DNA of 64,000 nucleotides from positions 3,844,001-3,908,000 of the forward strand of contig CP075494.1 in the NCBI GenBank assembly GCA_021613535.1, in the 5' to 3' direction. Positions 11,917-25,100 of this stretch are shown in pieces. This DNA comes from Adineta vaga. Taxonomy: Eukaryota > Animalia > Rotifera. The stretch's first letter is position 1; every line of letters begins with the position of its first letter. The notes beneath the pieces were generated by a model that saw nothing but the letters and a program-made list of their open reading frames with translations, made no database searches and was not told where the DNA came from. The translations under genes were made by a program, and so were the position numbers.

Positions 11917-14289
11917 ATGTTTAAAGATACAGTTTTCATTAACAATTTATCCGTTGCTGCTGTAATCGGTAAAGATGCTTGGGATCGACCGACTCTACAA
12001 CCAATTCAGATATCGGCGAAACTCAAAACAGATTTTCACCAAGCATCTATAACCGATAATCTAAAATATTCCTTGAACTATGCTGTTTTATCGCAAAATA
12101 TATTGAAGTATATGAAGGCCAATGAACAGAAGAATTTCAAATCGTTAGGTAATATTGCTGAAAATGTTTGTCGTATTGTTTTGGATCCTGAGCAAGGCGG
12201 TGGTGATCAAGCAGAAATTATTGTTAGAAGTGCCAAGTCTGAGATTAGAGCCGACAGTGTGGAATATACGTCAACTAGAACACGAGATGATAAAGTTGAT
12301 ACAGTTTCGGATGAGATAAATGTCAACGGTTTGAAAGTATTGACAATTGTTGGCGTATTTACATTCGAAAGACTCAAGAAACAATATGTTATTATCGATT
12401 TGTCTATAAAAATGTCTTCTGAATCAAATATTTCTATTCATGAAGTTATTGATGATGTTGTTCAATATGTAGAATCTTCCAATTTCAAGACAGTAGAAGC
12501 ATTGGTCATGAAAATAGGTCAATTAATTACCCAAGAGTATAACATTGAAAATGTCTTTGTTAAAGTTACTAAACCAAATGCTATTCCTTTTACAGATGGA
12601 GTAGGTGTCAGTTCAATTATGAACAAAGCTTCATTCAATGATATAGAACCAATAACTACACAGAGTACTGTAATGGAAAGTACGCAATTTAACTTACCAA
12701 CTTCAAGTGATGATTCTACGTTTTCTAAAAAGAAAAATCATATTGCTTATATTGCATTCGGTTCCAATCAAGGCAATCAAATTAAAAACATTAACGAGGC
12801 ATTATATTATTTGGAAAAAGCTAAAATCAATATTTTATCTACTTCTTCTTTATATATATCCAAGCCAATGTATTATAAGGATCAACCTGATTTTTTTAAT
12901 GGAGTTATTAAAGTTTCATTTAATGATTTTTCTCCACATGATTTGATGAAGAAATGCAAAGAAATCGAGTATGAGTATATTAATAGAATCAAAAAGATCA
13001 ACAATGGACCAAGATCAATCGATTTAGATATTTTATTGTACGATGATATTATTTTAAATACCAATGATTTGATTATTCCTCATCAATCCATGTTGGAAAG
13101 ATCATTTGTCTTACAACCTTTATGTGAACTTCTTAGCTTCGATACTTTGCATCCGGTTACTGCTGAACCTATTCATCACCATTTGACTCAATTGTTAAAT
13201 AGTAAACCAGATGAAACACTCCAAGAATCATCGGATCTTTTACAAATTATACCAATTCCACGATTCGAATTAGATCATGATAAAAATCCTTTCAAATTTG
13301 ATCAATTAAAATACAAACATCCAACTTTGATCATGGGTATTATGAATATAACTCCTGATTCTTTTAGTGATGGAGGTGATAATTATAATGTTACTGCTGA
13401 AGAGATAGAAACCACTGCTTTACGTTTGTTAGATGAAGGTGCTACTATATTAGATATCGGAGGTGTTTCAACGAGACCAGGTAGTATTGCACCTAGTGAA
13501 GAAGAAGAACTTCGACGTGTTCTATCTGTGGTCAAAATACTCCGAAAATCTGAAAATGAGAAATTATCTACATGTCTTATTTCCATAGACACTTACAGGG
13601 CGAATGTTGCTGAGCAATGTTTGGAAGCCGGTGCTGACATTATTAATGATATTTCCATGGGATTATATGAACCGAAAATATTCGATGTTGTTGCAAAGTA
13701 CGGATGTCCATATATAATGAATCATACACGAGGCACGCCTTCAACAATGTCTACATTAAATAATTACGAGTCTAATACGAACGAAGATATAAATGAATAC
13801 ATGGTTGATCCTTTAAATTCTTCATTTAATGTCGAAAATTGGAACGTACAAGTCGCCAATTTGATTAATGGAATATCTCGAGAATTGGGATTACAAATAT
13901 TGAAAGCATTTAAGAGTGATGTAAGAAAATGGCAAATTATCATCGATCCCGGTATTGGATTTGCAAAGAATTTGTCACAAAACTTAAGTGTCATCAAACA
14001 TGCTTCGTTTTTCAAAAAATACTCAATGTTGGTTAATGAACGTTGTGAAGAAAATATTGAACAGTTTTACTTAACTTTCAATGGTGTGGCAACCCTTCTA
14101 GGTCCTTCGAGAAAGAAGTTCTTAGGTACCATTTGCGATGAACCTATTGCACGTGATAGAGTTATCAGTTCTGGAGCAACCATTATGGCATGCATACAAC
14201 AGAACACTGATATTGTCAGGGTTCATGATGTGAAAGAGATGAAGAAAGTGGTAAAAATGGGTGATGCTATTTATAAGTTCATTTATTAG
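11917..14289 (+). CDS. FOL1: Trifunctional folate synthesis protein (DHNA-DHNA-HPPK-DHPS), yeast type, intronless
   Basis: Two DHNA domains (SLNYAVL; FKTVEAL..VTKPNA). HPPK motifs AFGSNQG, DQPDFFNG, GPRSIDLDIL and IPH..MLERSFVL. DHPS motifs IMNITPDSFSDGG, GGVSTRPG, IINDIS, DPGIGFAK, GPSRKKFL and VRVHDV. Confidence 0.96.
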   Translation: MFKDTVFINNLSVAAVIGKDAWDRPTLQPIQISAKLKTDFHQASITDNLKYSLNYAVLSQNILKYMKANEQKNFKSLGNIAENVCRIVLDPEQGGGDQAEIIVRSAKSEIRADSVEYTSTRTRDDKVDTVSDEINVNGLKVLTIVGVFTFERLKKQYVIIDLSIKMSSESNISIHEVIDDVVQYVESSNFKTVEALVMKIGQLITQEYNIENVFVKVTKPNAIPFTDGVGVSSIMNKASFNDIEPITTQSTVMESTQFNLPTSSDDSTFSKKKNHIAYIAFGSNQGNQIKNINEALYYLEKAKINILSTSSLYISKPMYYKDQPDFFNGVIKVSFNDFSPHDLMKKCKEIEYEYINRIKKINNGPRSIDLDILLYDDIILNTNDLIIPHQSMLERSFVLQPLCELLSFDTLHPVTAEPIHHHLTQLLNSKPDETLQESSDLLQIIPIPRFELDHDKNPFKFDQLKYKHPTLIMGIMNITPDSFSDGGDNYNVTAEEIETTALRLLDEGATILDIGGVSTRPGSIAPSEEEELRRVLSVVKILRKSENEKLSTCLISIDTYRANVAEQCLEAGADIINDISMGLYEPKIFDVVAKYGCPYIMNHTRGTPSTMSTLNNYESNTNEDINEYMVDPLNSSFNVENWNVQVANLINGISRELGLQILKAFKSDVRKWQIIIDPGIGFAKNLSQNLSVIKHASFFKKYSMLVNERCEENIEQFYLTFNGVATLLGPSRKKFLGTICDEPIARDRVISSGATIMACIQQNTDIVRVHDVKEMKKVVKMGDAIYKFIY

Positions 14290-14380
14290 TATACAATAAA
14301 GAATTTACTCTTCTGTACTTTATCTGGCTTATTTTATATTGCCTTGATAGTTGCACTGTAAAAAAACTATATGAACTTTT

Positions 14381-15103
14381 TTAAGCATAAGAAAATCGTT
14401 TTACAAACCAAGAATGTTTGTAAGATTCCTGTCCAGTCATATTCACAAATTGTTCTCCTATCTCCACAAATCCCGCCTTCCGATAAGTACTCGATCCTGC
14501 CGGACTAGCAACTAAATACGCGCCATCCACCTCACCAGATTTTTCCTTCACAGCTGTCTCTATCATGTCAAGTCCCCACTTTACAAGGCGTGAACCGAGT
14601 CCCATACGTTGATATGCTGGAAGCGTTGCCAGTGCATCGAGCTCCCAATACCTGCTTTCGTAGTCTTCACCTACATACTTCTTAGTCAAAGCTCTGTATT
14701 CTGTCTTGAGTCGAAAGATAAGATCTCTATCCAATCCTTCTGAAACTTGTAGTTCTTCAATTTCTTGCGCAAATGCGGCGTCTGATTCAGATTTTGAATT
14801 GATTGAGTGTAGGAGTAAAGGTGCTTTCCATACAACATATGCCACCATCATCATATCCTTATCGGATTTGCTAGGATCGTCGAGCACTATTTTTGCCATC
14901 CTATTACGAGAAGCGTTTTTACCGCTGAATTGCTTTTCGGTGCCAATAGTTCCCGACGAGATAAATTCGGATTCGGAGACGAGATATGCTTTTTCTTGGT
15001 AAAGGGGATCTTGAATAGTAACGTGGTAATTGATGCGAAGCAACGATGGAATATCTGCAGGTATGGAAATTGGAAGGAGCTTGAATTTAGGAGCGGAAGA
15101 CAT
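14381..15103 (-). CDS. GNAT-family acetyltransferase, fungal-like, intronless
   Basis: Acetyl-CoA motif LATLPAYQRMGLGSRLV and YLVASPAG...YRKAGF. First ATG at 15103. Visibly more GC-rich than its flanks. Confidence 0.85.
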   Translation of the reverse strand: MSSAPKFKLLPISIPADIPSLLRINYHVTIQDPLYQEKAYLVSESEFISSGTIGTEKQFSGKNASRNRMAKIVLDDPSKSDKDMMMVAYVVWKAPLLLHSINSKSESDAAFAQEIEELQVSEGLDRDLIFRLKTEYRALTKKYVGEDYESRYWELDALATLPAYQRMGLGSRLVKWGLDMIETAVKEKSGEVDGAYLVASPAGSSTYRKAGFVEIGEQFVNMTGQESYKHSWFVKRFSYA

Positions 15104-15625
15104 GCTAAAATGTACTGCCACACCATAATACCTTTAATGAGTAATGTTGATGCACAGGGTTGAGTGAGGTCTGTGCTTATTTCGCTTTCATGTGAGTGAT
15201 GACGAGATCTTATCTGTAGATTTTTTTTTCGCAATCGATAAGAAATGAAAAAGGAAAAGAAAGTAACTTAAATATTTACTTTGTTTTCATTTTGCTTGGC
15301 CATATAAATTTATATATGATGTGTATATCTTGAGAATATTTATAGTCGAAATGAAAACATGAAAGTTCTGCATCTTTTAAAAACAATGTTATGATATATC
15401 CACGCTTACATTTTCTTTCGAGTGGTTGAAGAGAAGTGTATTATTAATAATAAAATAAAATTTCATTTGTTTCTTTTTTTCTTGCATTCTAATAGATCGT
15501 TGAAATTAAACGTTACAGTTTCAACGACTAGACCATGTTATTTTCGTCACGAAAATGTTTTATTCTTATTTTTCTATGAAACGATATCATGAACAATATT
15601 TTTACAAGAAATATATATATATACT

Positions 15626-15694
15626 TGTGGTGTGGGTGTGGATGGTGGTAAAACCAAGACATTCACACACCCACACCACACCCTCCATGGATGT
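15626..15694. repeat. Telomere-like inverted repeat hairpin (dispersed family member)
   Basis: tgtggtgtgggtgtg (15626-15640) and cacacccacaccaca (15666-15680) form a perfect 15-bp inverted repeat. Confidence 0.8.
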
Positions 15695-15739
15695 ATAAAA
15701 TGCGATTTATGAATTTTGGACTATACATTTGAAATCTAA

Positions 15740-18273
15740 ATTATAGTAACTGTTCTCACATCTGTGTTATTATCATCATAGAATTCAGATGAATCTATTT
15801 CATATTTTTTCTATTAATTTATTATCTTTGATAACTTTATGTTGAACTAAAACGAATAGAAGAAAACTTTATTCGATTTTACCATATATTTATCATAAAT
15901 TTTTGGATAATCAATGATGAGACAAAAAATAAGAATACCTACGAAAGATCATACAAAATGTTCTATGTCCTTTTGTGAAATTCCATTATTTTTATCATTG
16001 ATTGCTTCTAAAATATTGACAAGCTCTTGTAAATTTTCACCACGAACGTCATTGTGGAGGTTATTGTTCGATACATTACGTATTTCGTCTAAATTTGAGT
16101 GCCATAATCTATCTATAAAATCAAATAATTTCTAAATACAGCACAGAACATGATAGAAAAGTCATGAGTATTCACCTATTTCCGTGTCTGAAATAATTGG
16201 TAAAACCTCTTTTATATACAGTACAATCACTGCCATGAGAGAAATACATAAAATATTGGTCAATGTAATAATGAATGAATACATAGCCAAGTAACCTGCT
16301 TCTTCTGGCATATCACATGAATAAAGAGGCAAATACTCATTATTGATAAGTGGTGAACAATGGGTAAGACGAGGTACTGCTTTAAAAGGTGTCGTTTGAT
16401 TCACTTGTTGTATGGAATGACGAGCGACGTTGACTAAAGACGTAGCTAAGAGACTATAACTGAACAATAGACCTGTATTGACGGCAGGTGGTAGAAGAGA
16501 AGCACTGATAGCGACACCAACAAGAGAACCAAAATTGCCACTTAGAAAAGACAGAGCAGCTGCTGCACCCTATTTAATAGGTAATATTATTCAATTATCA
16601 AGAAATGTTGCTTTTCCAGAAGAAAAATAAAACAATGATCTTCATCATAGTGACTATAGAAGTATCATTTTTACAAAAAAAACCTACATGAAAGATTCCT
16701 TAAATATCTAAACCTTTCTGAAAATATTCACTTACGAAATGAAAACATACTTATTTGCTCATTATATTCGTCTATAAAATACTCACACTGGGCAATGCCA
16801 CCAATGCACCAAACCATAGACGTCGATAATCCCCTCTGAATCAAACAATAATCTTCATTTTCTTATTTTGAAATGTACAAATGTTACCTAATACGCATTT
16901 CATCGGTAGGAAATGACTCACTGGATCCCCAACTTGTTTCAGACCATGTTGTACAAAGTCCAAATAAGAAGCCAGTAAGTACACTAACTAAAAGTCCAGT
17001 ACACTCAGACTTGAAACCTGAATAACACAACTTCTTGTTGTGAATACGCACACCAATAACGAAACCCATTATTGGTCCCTATTAAAGATGAAATCAATAA
17101 ATTAAATTCAATTCTCAAATCAATCTAAACACATATTTACCATGAGAGGTGAGATGAGCATACTCGCTACGATTATCCTACATAGAAGAACTCTTTGTAT
17201 ATATAGTCTTTGCAAGATCAAAAGAATAAAAACTCACACAGTACTATTTTCCAATAATCCTAAACATGCAATTACAGATGCTAATACACAAAAGAACAAA
17301 TAATCAAATGTCAATAAACTTTGTTGTCGAATTAATCCAATAAGTTTATGAACATTTATACGAGCTCGAATACTTTTCTTAAATCGATGTATCGAATGAT
17401 TAGTAATTGACAATGGAGTGTCCAATGGTACATTGTTTTCCTCTTCATCTTCCGTTTCTTCATCTGTAGCAGGTCTCTGATTGATACTGTGCAATGTCTT
17501 TTGTTTCTCTACAAGTTTTCGTACTCCCAGTGCACAGCTGATTGGAAGAAAAAATACTTTTGTTCCATCTCGAATACCGATTTCAGCTCGACGTAATTCT
17601 TCCAAAATACCATCAGCTTGTGTACCCAAGTCAGTATAACAAAGAATGAGAAAACTTTTCTTGTTATTAGTAGGAATCCAAACTGTGTCACGCAATTTTA
17701 GTTTTCGAATAGTATGATGGCGAAATCGACTCGCAAGAGATTCATTACATTCCGGACATGGATACTCTTTGGTGTGCTGTCCAAGTGATACAGAAGATCC
17801 AATTGATCTTCGTTTAACTATAGAATGATTATTTTCATCCGATTTTTCATCCATTGATACATCTAACGTGGATATTGCATCATACTTTTTCTCTTCAGAA
17901 TCTTTTAATTTTGCTTTTTCATTAATACTAATGGTGCTCTAAATAGGAAAAGTAATTGGAGTGAAACAGCAGACTTCATACTAATCTTCAATTATCGAAG
18001 AAACAAAACTATTCTATCACGAAATAGAATACGAATTGAATGAACCAATTTTTCAACGGTTTTCTTTTATTGACTTTGGGGATATTGAAAAACAAAATGT
18101 AATTTGTACTGCATGTTTGTATAACTCAAGTACATTTCTTTCTAAAGAAAAACTGTGGTAAAGCTAACCTGCGATGTCGAATGTTTGTTAGACCCATTAA
18201 TTGCTTGATCGTCGTCGTTCTCGTTCGGAAAGTCGTTTGGAATAATAATAATACACACTTCTACACCAGACAT
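15740..18273 (-). CDS. DUF389 membrane protein, multi-exon (3' end approximate)
   Basis: LTFDYLFFCVLASVIACLGLLENSTV, IVASMLISPLMGPI, and AAAALSFLSGNFGSLVGVAISASLLPPAVNTG. Confidence 0.82.
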
Positions 18274-19886
18274 AATCACTATAATATCTAAATAGAAAAA
18301 TACCATCATGATGTTACTTTTCAATCTATTGATCTTAAGTATAAAATTTAGTACGAAAAGAAAAAGACGTAATTTTTACAAACTACTCGATGATTTTGTA
18401 GAAGCAACACACTTAAAATATCTCCCTATCATAAATAATTACTATGAAGGAGCATAGAGTATGATCAATGCTTCTGATCATTATATTAAGTAAATGAGGA
18501 TACTTGTTTTTTTCTCAGGTAAACTTAATTGCATTAAAAAAATGGTCAGAAATAAAAAATGAGTGCAGAAAAAAAGTATTTATTTATTTGGTTTTCTTCC
18601 TTTAACTCCAATATAGAAGAACAGATAAAAAAGTATGATACGAAAAATTTTTAGTGGATATACGAAAAGTAATCATCATCAATCAATCTGTAGTTTTTTT
18701 CATATCCATCTTATTTATTTCGTTCTTTTCTTTAATGTTGTAAATTTTTTGATCTTGTCTCCTTTTTCTGATTGAAGTTAGGAAAAAGTAATGATCGGTT
18801 GTGTCTCTCTTTGTTCTTCAAATTAGATTAATTTTTGTATATGCTACGTTTCATTGTCAAAACATTTCTTGTTTCTTATCGATTTAAAAAAGGTGATTTT
18901 GCACTATAATAGATTACAATAACTTACATGTTCCGCAGAGATGGACAATTCCGACTCAGGATTCGACGCTTTTTTCCGACTCCGATTGATCTCATGACTA
19001 GCAAAATAATGACAAAAAACTACATAGATGACCTTCAATAAATGCACTAAAAGAGAGAAAATAGAGATATATAAAGAAAAAGAGAGTTTTCACAAAATTT
19101 TCGTTGCGTTTTAAAATACACAAGTCTTTTTTCTACTGACTTGTTCATGTAAATTATATGAATAAGTTTGAATGTTAATGACCACAATGAAAGAATAAAT
19201 AGTTTAGACTTTCAATTCGCTGTCAAAAGTTTATTTTACATCTTAAACGTCTGTAAAGATGAATAGAATTTTTCCTATCGTTCGTGATTATTTTCGTTGA
19301 GCGAATTTCTTATTTCGTTGTCAAAGGTTCGTTATATATATCAAAAATTCATAAAACTATGTATACTTGTACCTATTATTCTTAATTGATGTACCGATAA
19401 AAGTACTTCAATTTTTGATTGTTTTCTCAAACTTTTGATTTCAAACTCGAGGATAGGTGTGAATGTTTTTTCTTATACATACCCACACTCTCAAGATGCC
19501 ATGACTGAAGAAATGTCTTATGATAAGAATGTAGATATAGAAAGAACATATATCTTAATCTGTAATACTAAGAATTGCATGAATAATATGTGATGATCTA
19601 TTATCGTGAATAAATCTCATATATATATATATATTGAGTTCTTGTTTTGTTCGCAATGTTATGACTATAAAATATAGAACATAACGTGAATTATAAATCT
19701 GAACTTCTATGATTGATTTGATAGAAAAAAATATGTACGAAATATTTGATAATTTTCTTTCATAACAGTTAGAAATTATCGATAAAGTTAAATTAAGTTT
19801 TCGACTGGACAAGGATAAGTTTATTTCTCGAAAGCGATTAGAATTATTTTGAAAAACGGCACACCCACACCCTCAATTTATATTCG

Positions 19887-21587
19887 TCAGTTTAAATAGA
19901 AAATCAAATATAATACAAGAAAAATAGTATTGATCATTGGAGACAATGTATTTGATCGAATTATGAATGAGCTATTCAATGTACTTGTAATCATATTTTC
20001 TACAGTACGATTTTCAATTGTAATAGAATATCTAGCTGTTGTATTAAATATCGATATCGAAGTAAAATTATTATTAGAAATGGTTGATTGTTTTTCTGAA
20101 TCATCTCTTATGCTCAATAGTTTGTATAAAAATGAGAGATTTACATGATGATCATAAATATCCAGTGTTTTTTCGAATATTCTTGGACTGATACATTCAT
20201 TAAACTGGCAGATGCAAACAATAGTTCTTTTTGTGATAAGATTTACTGGGACTGATTGTTGCACAGGAATAAATTTCGCAATAATTGTGGTAACGGCGAA
20301 TCCATTCATATGGCTGAGCATCAGTGGCTTGTAATCAAGAGAGCATGTAGAACTGTCAAATGCAGGCATATTGACATGCAATTTGATGCATATCTGTGTT
20401 TCACATGGCATTGATGGTAATGTAGAACTAATATAGCAATTTCCTATATAAGTAATAAAAGTTCTTAGAATCTGTTTCGATTTATTCAGAACAAGTTGCA
20501 ATTAAAGCGTCATAAAGAAAAGCATCGAAATAGTTACCTATATTAAACACAGATTCGCGCAGGATGAGAATATTTCCTATTACACGATATGAGACATTGG
20601 GAAAGTAGTTTCACTTGCTGGAAATTAGTTCTTACCCATTCCTAGAACTTCATCACTCGACAATAAACGAGATAAATTCGATCTAGATCGACTTTCATGG
20701 GTTTCCGAATCAAACCTTCCTCGTTCATCTGTATATCTCATGTTCTGCTGATAGATCAACTCCCATAAACACGACTGAATTTCGGTACAAAATTGATTCT
20801 AGAGCAGAACTAGTTCTGTAATGTTCAACATCACGGAATAGAATGGTTGCTCATTTAAACTAAAAAAACCTATTGATTTTGATTTCTTTATTATCTTTCG
20901 AACCGAAAACAATCGAGAAACATCGCTATTATCGATTCACAGGACAGGCTATTTGGAGTCGATTGAAATTTTTATCGATTTTCACGCATCTTACAACGTC
21001 TTTAAACTAGTTGTATCAATTTTGCTTAAGGTTTACTACTTTCATAATTAATCACTACTTACAACTACGCATTAGTGTAGTAGTATCTCAAAGAAATATA
21101 CTTTGTGTAATATATACATACCCTTTCTTCGTCCGTTGCTAGAAAGTAATTCTATTATTTTCATGCTCACTGTTCTATATTCCATTTCAATCATCCATGT
21201 AATATAATTAAAAACAAAATGACGATCACATTCGTTCGTTTCGCAAATATGTCTTAACTCAGTTTGCTGATGCATGTTAAAAATATTGTAAATACTTTCA
21301 TTATCGGCAAAAGCCATGTGAAATGAATGCTGTACCATATTAATTTCGATAATACTTTTAATATTAAACTGAATTGTTAATAACTCAAAACCTTGCATAG
21401 CGATTAATACGGAACAGTTATCTCGGATGTCAATAGCTTCTATTGCGTTAAACTTTTGTAGAAATTGAATGAGATCGAACTTAGCTAATATAACGTTAAA
21501 TATAGAATACGTTTCATTTACACACAGAACAGCATCGGCTTTTATTACTTGAAAAATAAGGATTATAAGATACAGTATAAGCTTCAT
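19887..21587 (-). CDS. Secreted/membrane-anchored Cys-containing protein of unknown family; exons ~21587-21121 and ~20443-19887
   Basis: Signal peptide, two similar C..NEC motifs (CETNEC, CQFNEC), an S/T-rich stalk and a hydrophobic C-terminus. GT donor at 21120, AG acceptor at 20445-20444. Confidence 0.55.
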
Positions 21588-22193
21588 TTATATTGAAAAT
21601 GAATAACAACTAATGAAATGCGAGCAATGTAAAATAGTATTACTTAGATCCATACCTTGAGAGTATTTATAAAGAAAAAGTAATAAATCATTTTATTACT
21701 CGTTGAGCAAAGAATCTATAATAATAATAAAAACGTCAAGGAAACAACTTTTAAGAAAAAAAATCCTATACATCAACTGGGTTACACCAGTGGCAATTCT
21801 ACTAGGATCTTGAATTCAACTATAGTTGCATCTACATATTTAGATGTGATCTATATACGTTTTATAAACGAGTTAGAAAACGTCTGGTACTTTCCACGAA
21901 TATAGAAGATTCAATTAACAGATAGATAGATAGATGAAAGAGTGCAATATTCTTGATTAACCTATGGACTTTTTTACTACTCGAATGAAAAACAATAAAT
22001 AAGTGTTTCAATCTTGGCATTATTTTTCAGTACCTCGATATTAAAAAATAATGACTATATCATGAATTTGTCAGCACACGTATTATTTGATAAATATAGT
22101 ATAAGAAATAAAAGACAATGTTCACACTTTATTAAACTCTATAAAAGACAGGAAAAGAACAACAATACAATAAAAATCTTAACCTTGGAACCT

Positions 22194-25100
22194 ATGTTGT
22201 ATTTATTAATATTCTTTATTGTAAAACTAGCGCTTATTAAAGCTTCACCAAATTATCATCTTTACTTTACTGATAGGACTACTAGTCATAAACTAAGATA
22301 TGATTGTTTATTTTATTCAATCACAGATAATATTGTTAATTATGAAGAACCATTCACATTTTCTCGTGAAACTATACCATATTGTATTAGTCCAGAGACA
22401 GCGTCAACTTCTTGGAATGATTCAATTGGATTAGGAACTGAGCTATCGTTTGAAATATTGCGTCAACAAAATATAAGTAGTCAACAGCTCTTTGATTGGT
22501 CTGCTTCTATGGATGTAATTGAACAATATGAGATTTATTTACAAAATCCGTATGAATCATTATCTACACAAACATTTTATAACTGTTCCACACCATGGTT
22601 TGGACCTGTATGTCAGTATAAGTTTAGTATACCACACACGTTTGCTGCTATTATTACTGCTATTTTCGGTGCTAAAAAATATGTTGATCGTATGCAGAAT
22701 ACGCATACATGTTATAAAATTTTAAACTGTATTCGTGAACCTTCATCATCTTGTCTTGATTGGCGTGAGATCTGTAATGGTGTTATCGATTGTACAAATG
22801 ACGGAGTTGATGAGAAATATTGTTATGAACTTGAAATGCAAGAATGTACTGAAAATGAGTATCGATGTCGTAATGGCCAATGTATTCCAAGTCAATTTTT
22901 TCATGATAATATTATTAACCCGGATTGTCTTGATCAATCGGACGAAAAATCTTCTCTTCAATATCCACTTATGTGTGACGGTGATCCATCATTTCGTTGT
23001 GAGGAGATAGTATGCAGGAATTTGTTTGAATTTCCTTGTGGAGATGGAACTTGTTCATCAGAAATTATGCCCTCCTATTATTTTGTATGCAATTCTGGTC
23101 GCGATTTCAGAATGACACAAGCTATGCTGGAACATAAATATAATTCTCATATTCGTGTTGCTTGTTGGATGGCATTAATATGTCATCTAAAGTACAATCA
23201 TATTTTCCCTTATATTAACTGTGGCGATATTTGTCAAGATTTAGATGGCTCATGTACTGATATAATTTCGCAAGAATGTCCGATTCATTTTATATTTCCA
23301 ATGAGTTCAATTACACCAAGTTACATATATTTCGCTTATACAAATGATCGTTCGAGCATAACAGATATACCCGCACCTGATTATCTGTGTTACGACAGAG
23401 AGATTTGTCCCTTTCTACCTTTTTCAATTATGATTAATAACCGTACTTGTCATGACTTTCAAAAACTTAATTACATTCCGTATTATAATTTACCAGGTAT
23501 AAATAATCAAACAGAAAAGAATTTTTTCCATGGATGTATTTCTTATGGGAAGATGGATAACGTAAAACTTTGTCAGAATCCAGCATTGTACCGTTGTATG
23601 AGTTCAGAAAAATGTATATCAAAACATCGACTTGTCGATGGTATTCAAGATTGTTTTCATGGTGATGATGAAACTTATAGTAGTAGTTGTATGCTTAATC
23701 ATCAACATCGATTTAGATGTACATCAGAGTTAAATCGATGCATTGCACCAATTAATGTAGGAAATTTCATATGGGATTGTTTAGGCGGTGAGGATGAAAT
23801 TAACAAACGCGGTACTGATCATCATAAGTCAATAACTTTTCCAATGTTTTGTGATGGATTTTTCGACATGCGATTTGATAGAAATGCTATCGAAACGGAT
23901 GAAACAAACTGTGAATCATGGCCTTGCATAAATCAGTATACACGTTGCAATGGTCATTCTAATTGTCGAAATGGTGCAGATGAATTGAACTGTGGTCAAA
24001 CTGTGTGTTCTCTTGATACACATCCATGTGTTTCGCCTATCACAAATCAATTAATATGTATAGGACTTAATAAGACTGGAGATGGGCACATTGATTGTCT
24101 TGGGGCATCTGATGAACGTTACATTTGTAGACAATCTATGAGTTTTAAGCCGACGGAACAATTTAACTGCTGGAATCACAGTATGTGCTTGTCAAGTGAA
24201 GCACTTTGCGATGAACAGCCTAATTGTTTATATGGAGATGACGAACAATTCTGTGAAAAAATTTATAATCCATTTGATATAAATACTCGATGTGATTCAG
24301 TATGGAATGGATATCGTTCAGCGAGTGAAGAATTTCTCTGTAGTCTTACTGATGAAGGTAAGCCAGAAACTGTATACTTTGCACTGCAAAACGTTACCGT
24401 TCAACCGTTGCCCAATATGATTTCTCCTATTCATACTCCATTTCTTGTTACGAAGCATCAAATGTCTAAACGACAAAATATAAATTTTATGGATTTAGTT
24501 TCTTATTGTAATCGAGGCATTGTTGTATATGAAAATGAAACTGAAAACAAAAAATGTCTTTGTCCACCTAGTTATTATGGAGAACGATGCGAGTATCAAA
24601 CTGATCGCGTAAGTATAACAATGCAAATTCAAAGTACTGAATTACGTACTATTTATTCCATTGTACTAATATTGGTCGATGATGTTGGACATATACATTC
24701 AGTAGAACAACATAGTTATTTGTCTATGCGTGACTGTGCAAATAAGATCAATACATATCTTCTTTATCAACATCATCATAAAGAATTGAATGGAAAATCT
24801 TATTTCGTACATATACATATATTTGATAAATTAACATTGAAATATCGTTTTAGTTGGTCATTTCCATTATTATTTCTTTTCTTGCCTGTACAACGTTTAG
24901 CTATACAAGTGATTGTTCCAAATCGTGAGTTTAAAAAAATAAGAAATTGTCCATTAAAATGTTTTCATGGTCGATGTCAACAATTTCTTAATAACTTAAC
25001 ATATTTCTGTCAATGTGATCGACATTGGTCAGGACCATTATGCTCTATTCAATCGAATTGTGATTGCTCAGATAATTCACTTTGTATTGGTTCGATTCAC

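Noticed and set aside
18945-18990. Short ttccgactc direct repeat
   Set aside because: Only two short copies; perhaps a repeat remnant, but not supportable.
22014-22193. N-terminal 60 aa of the 1620-aa ORF
   Set aside because: Starts at TTG; the signal peptide begins at ATG 22194.
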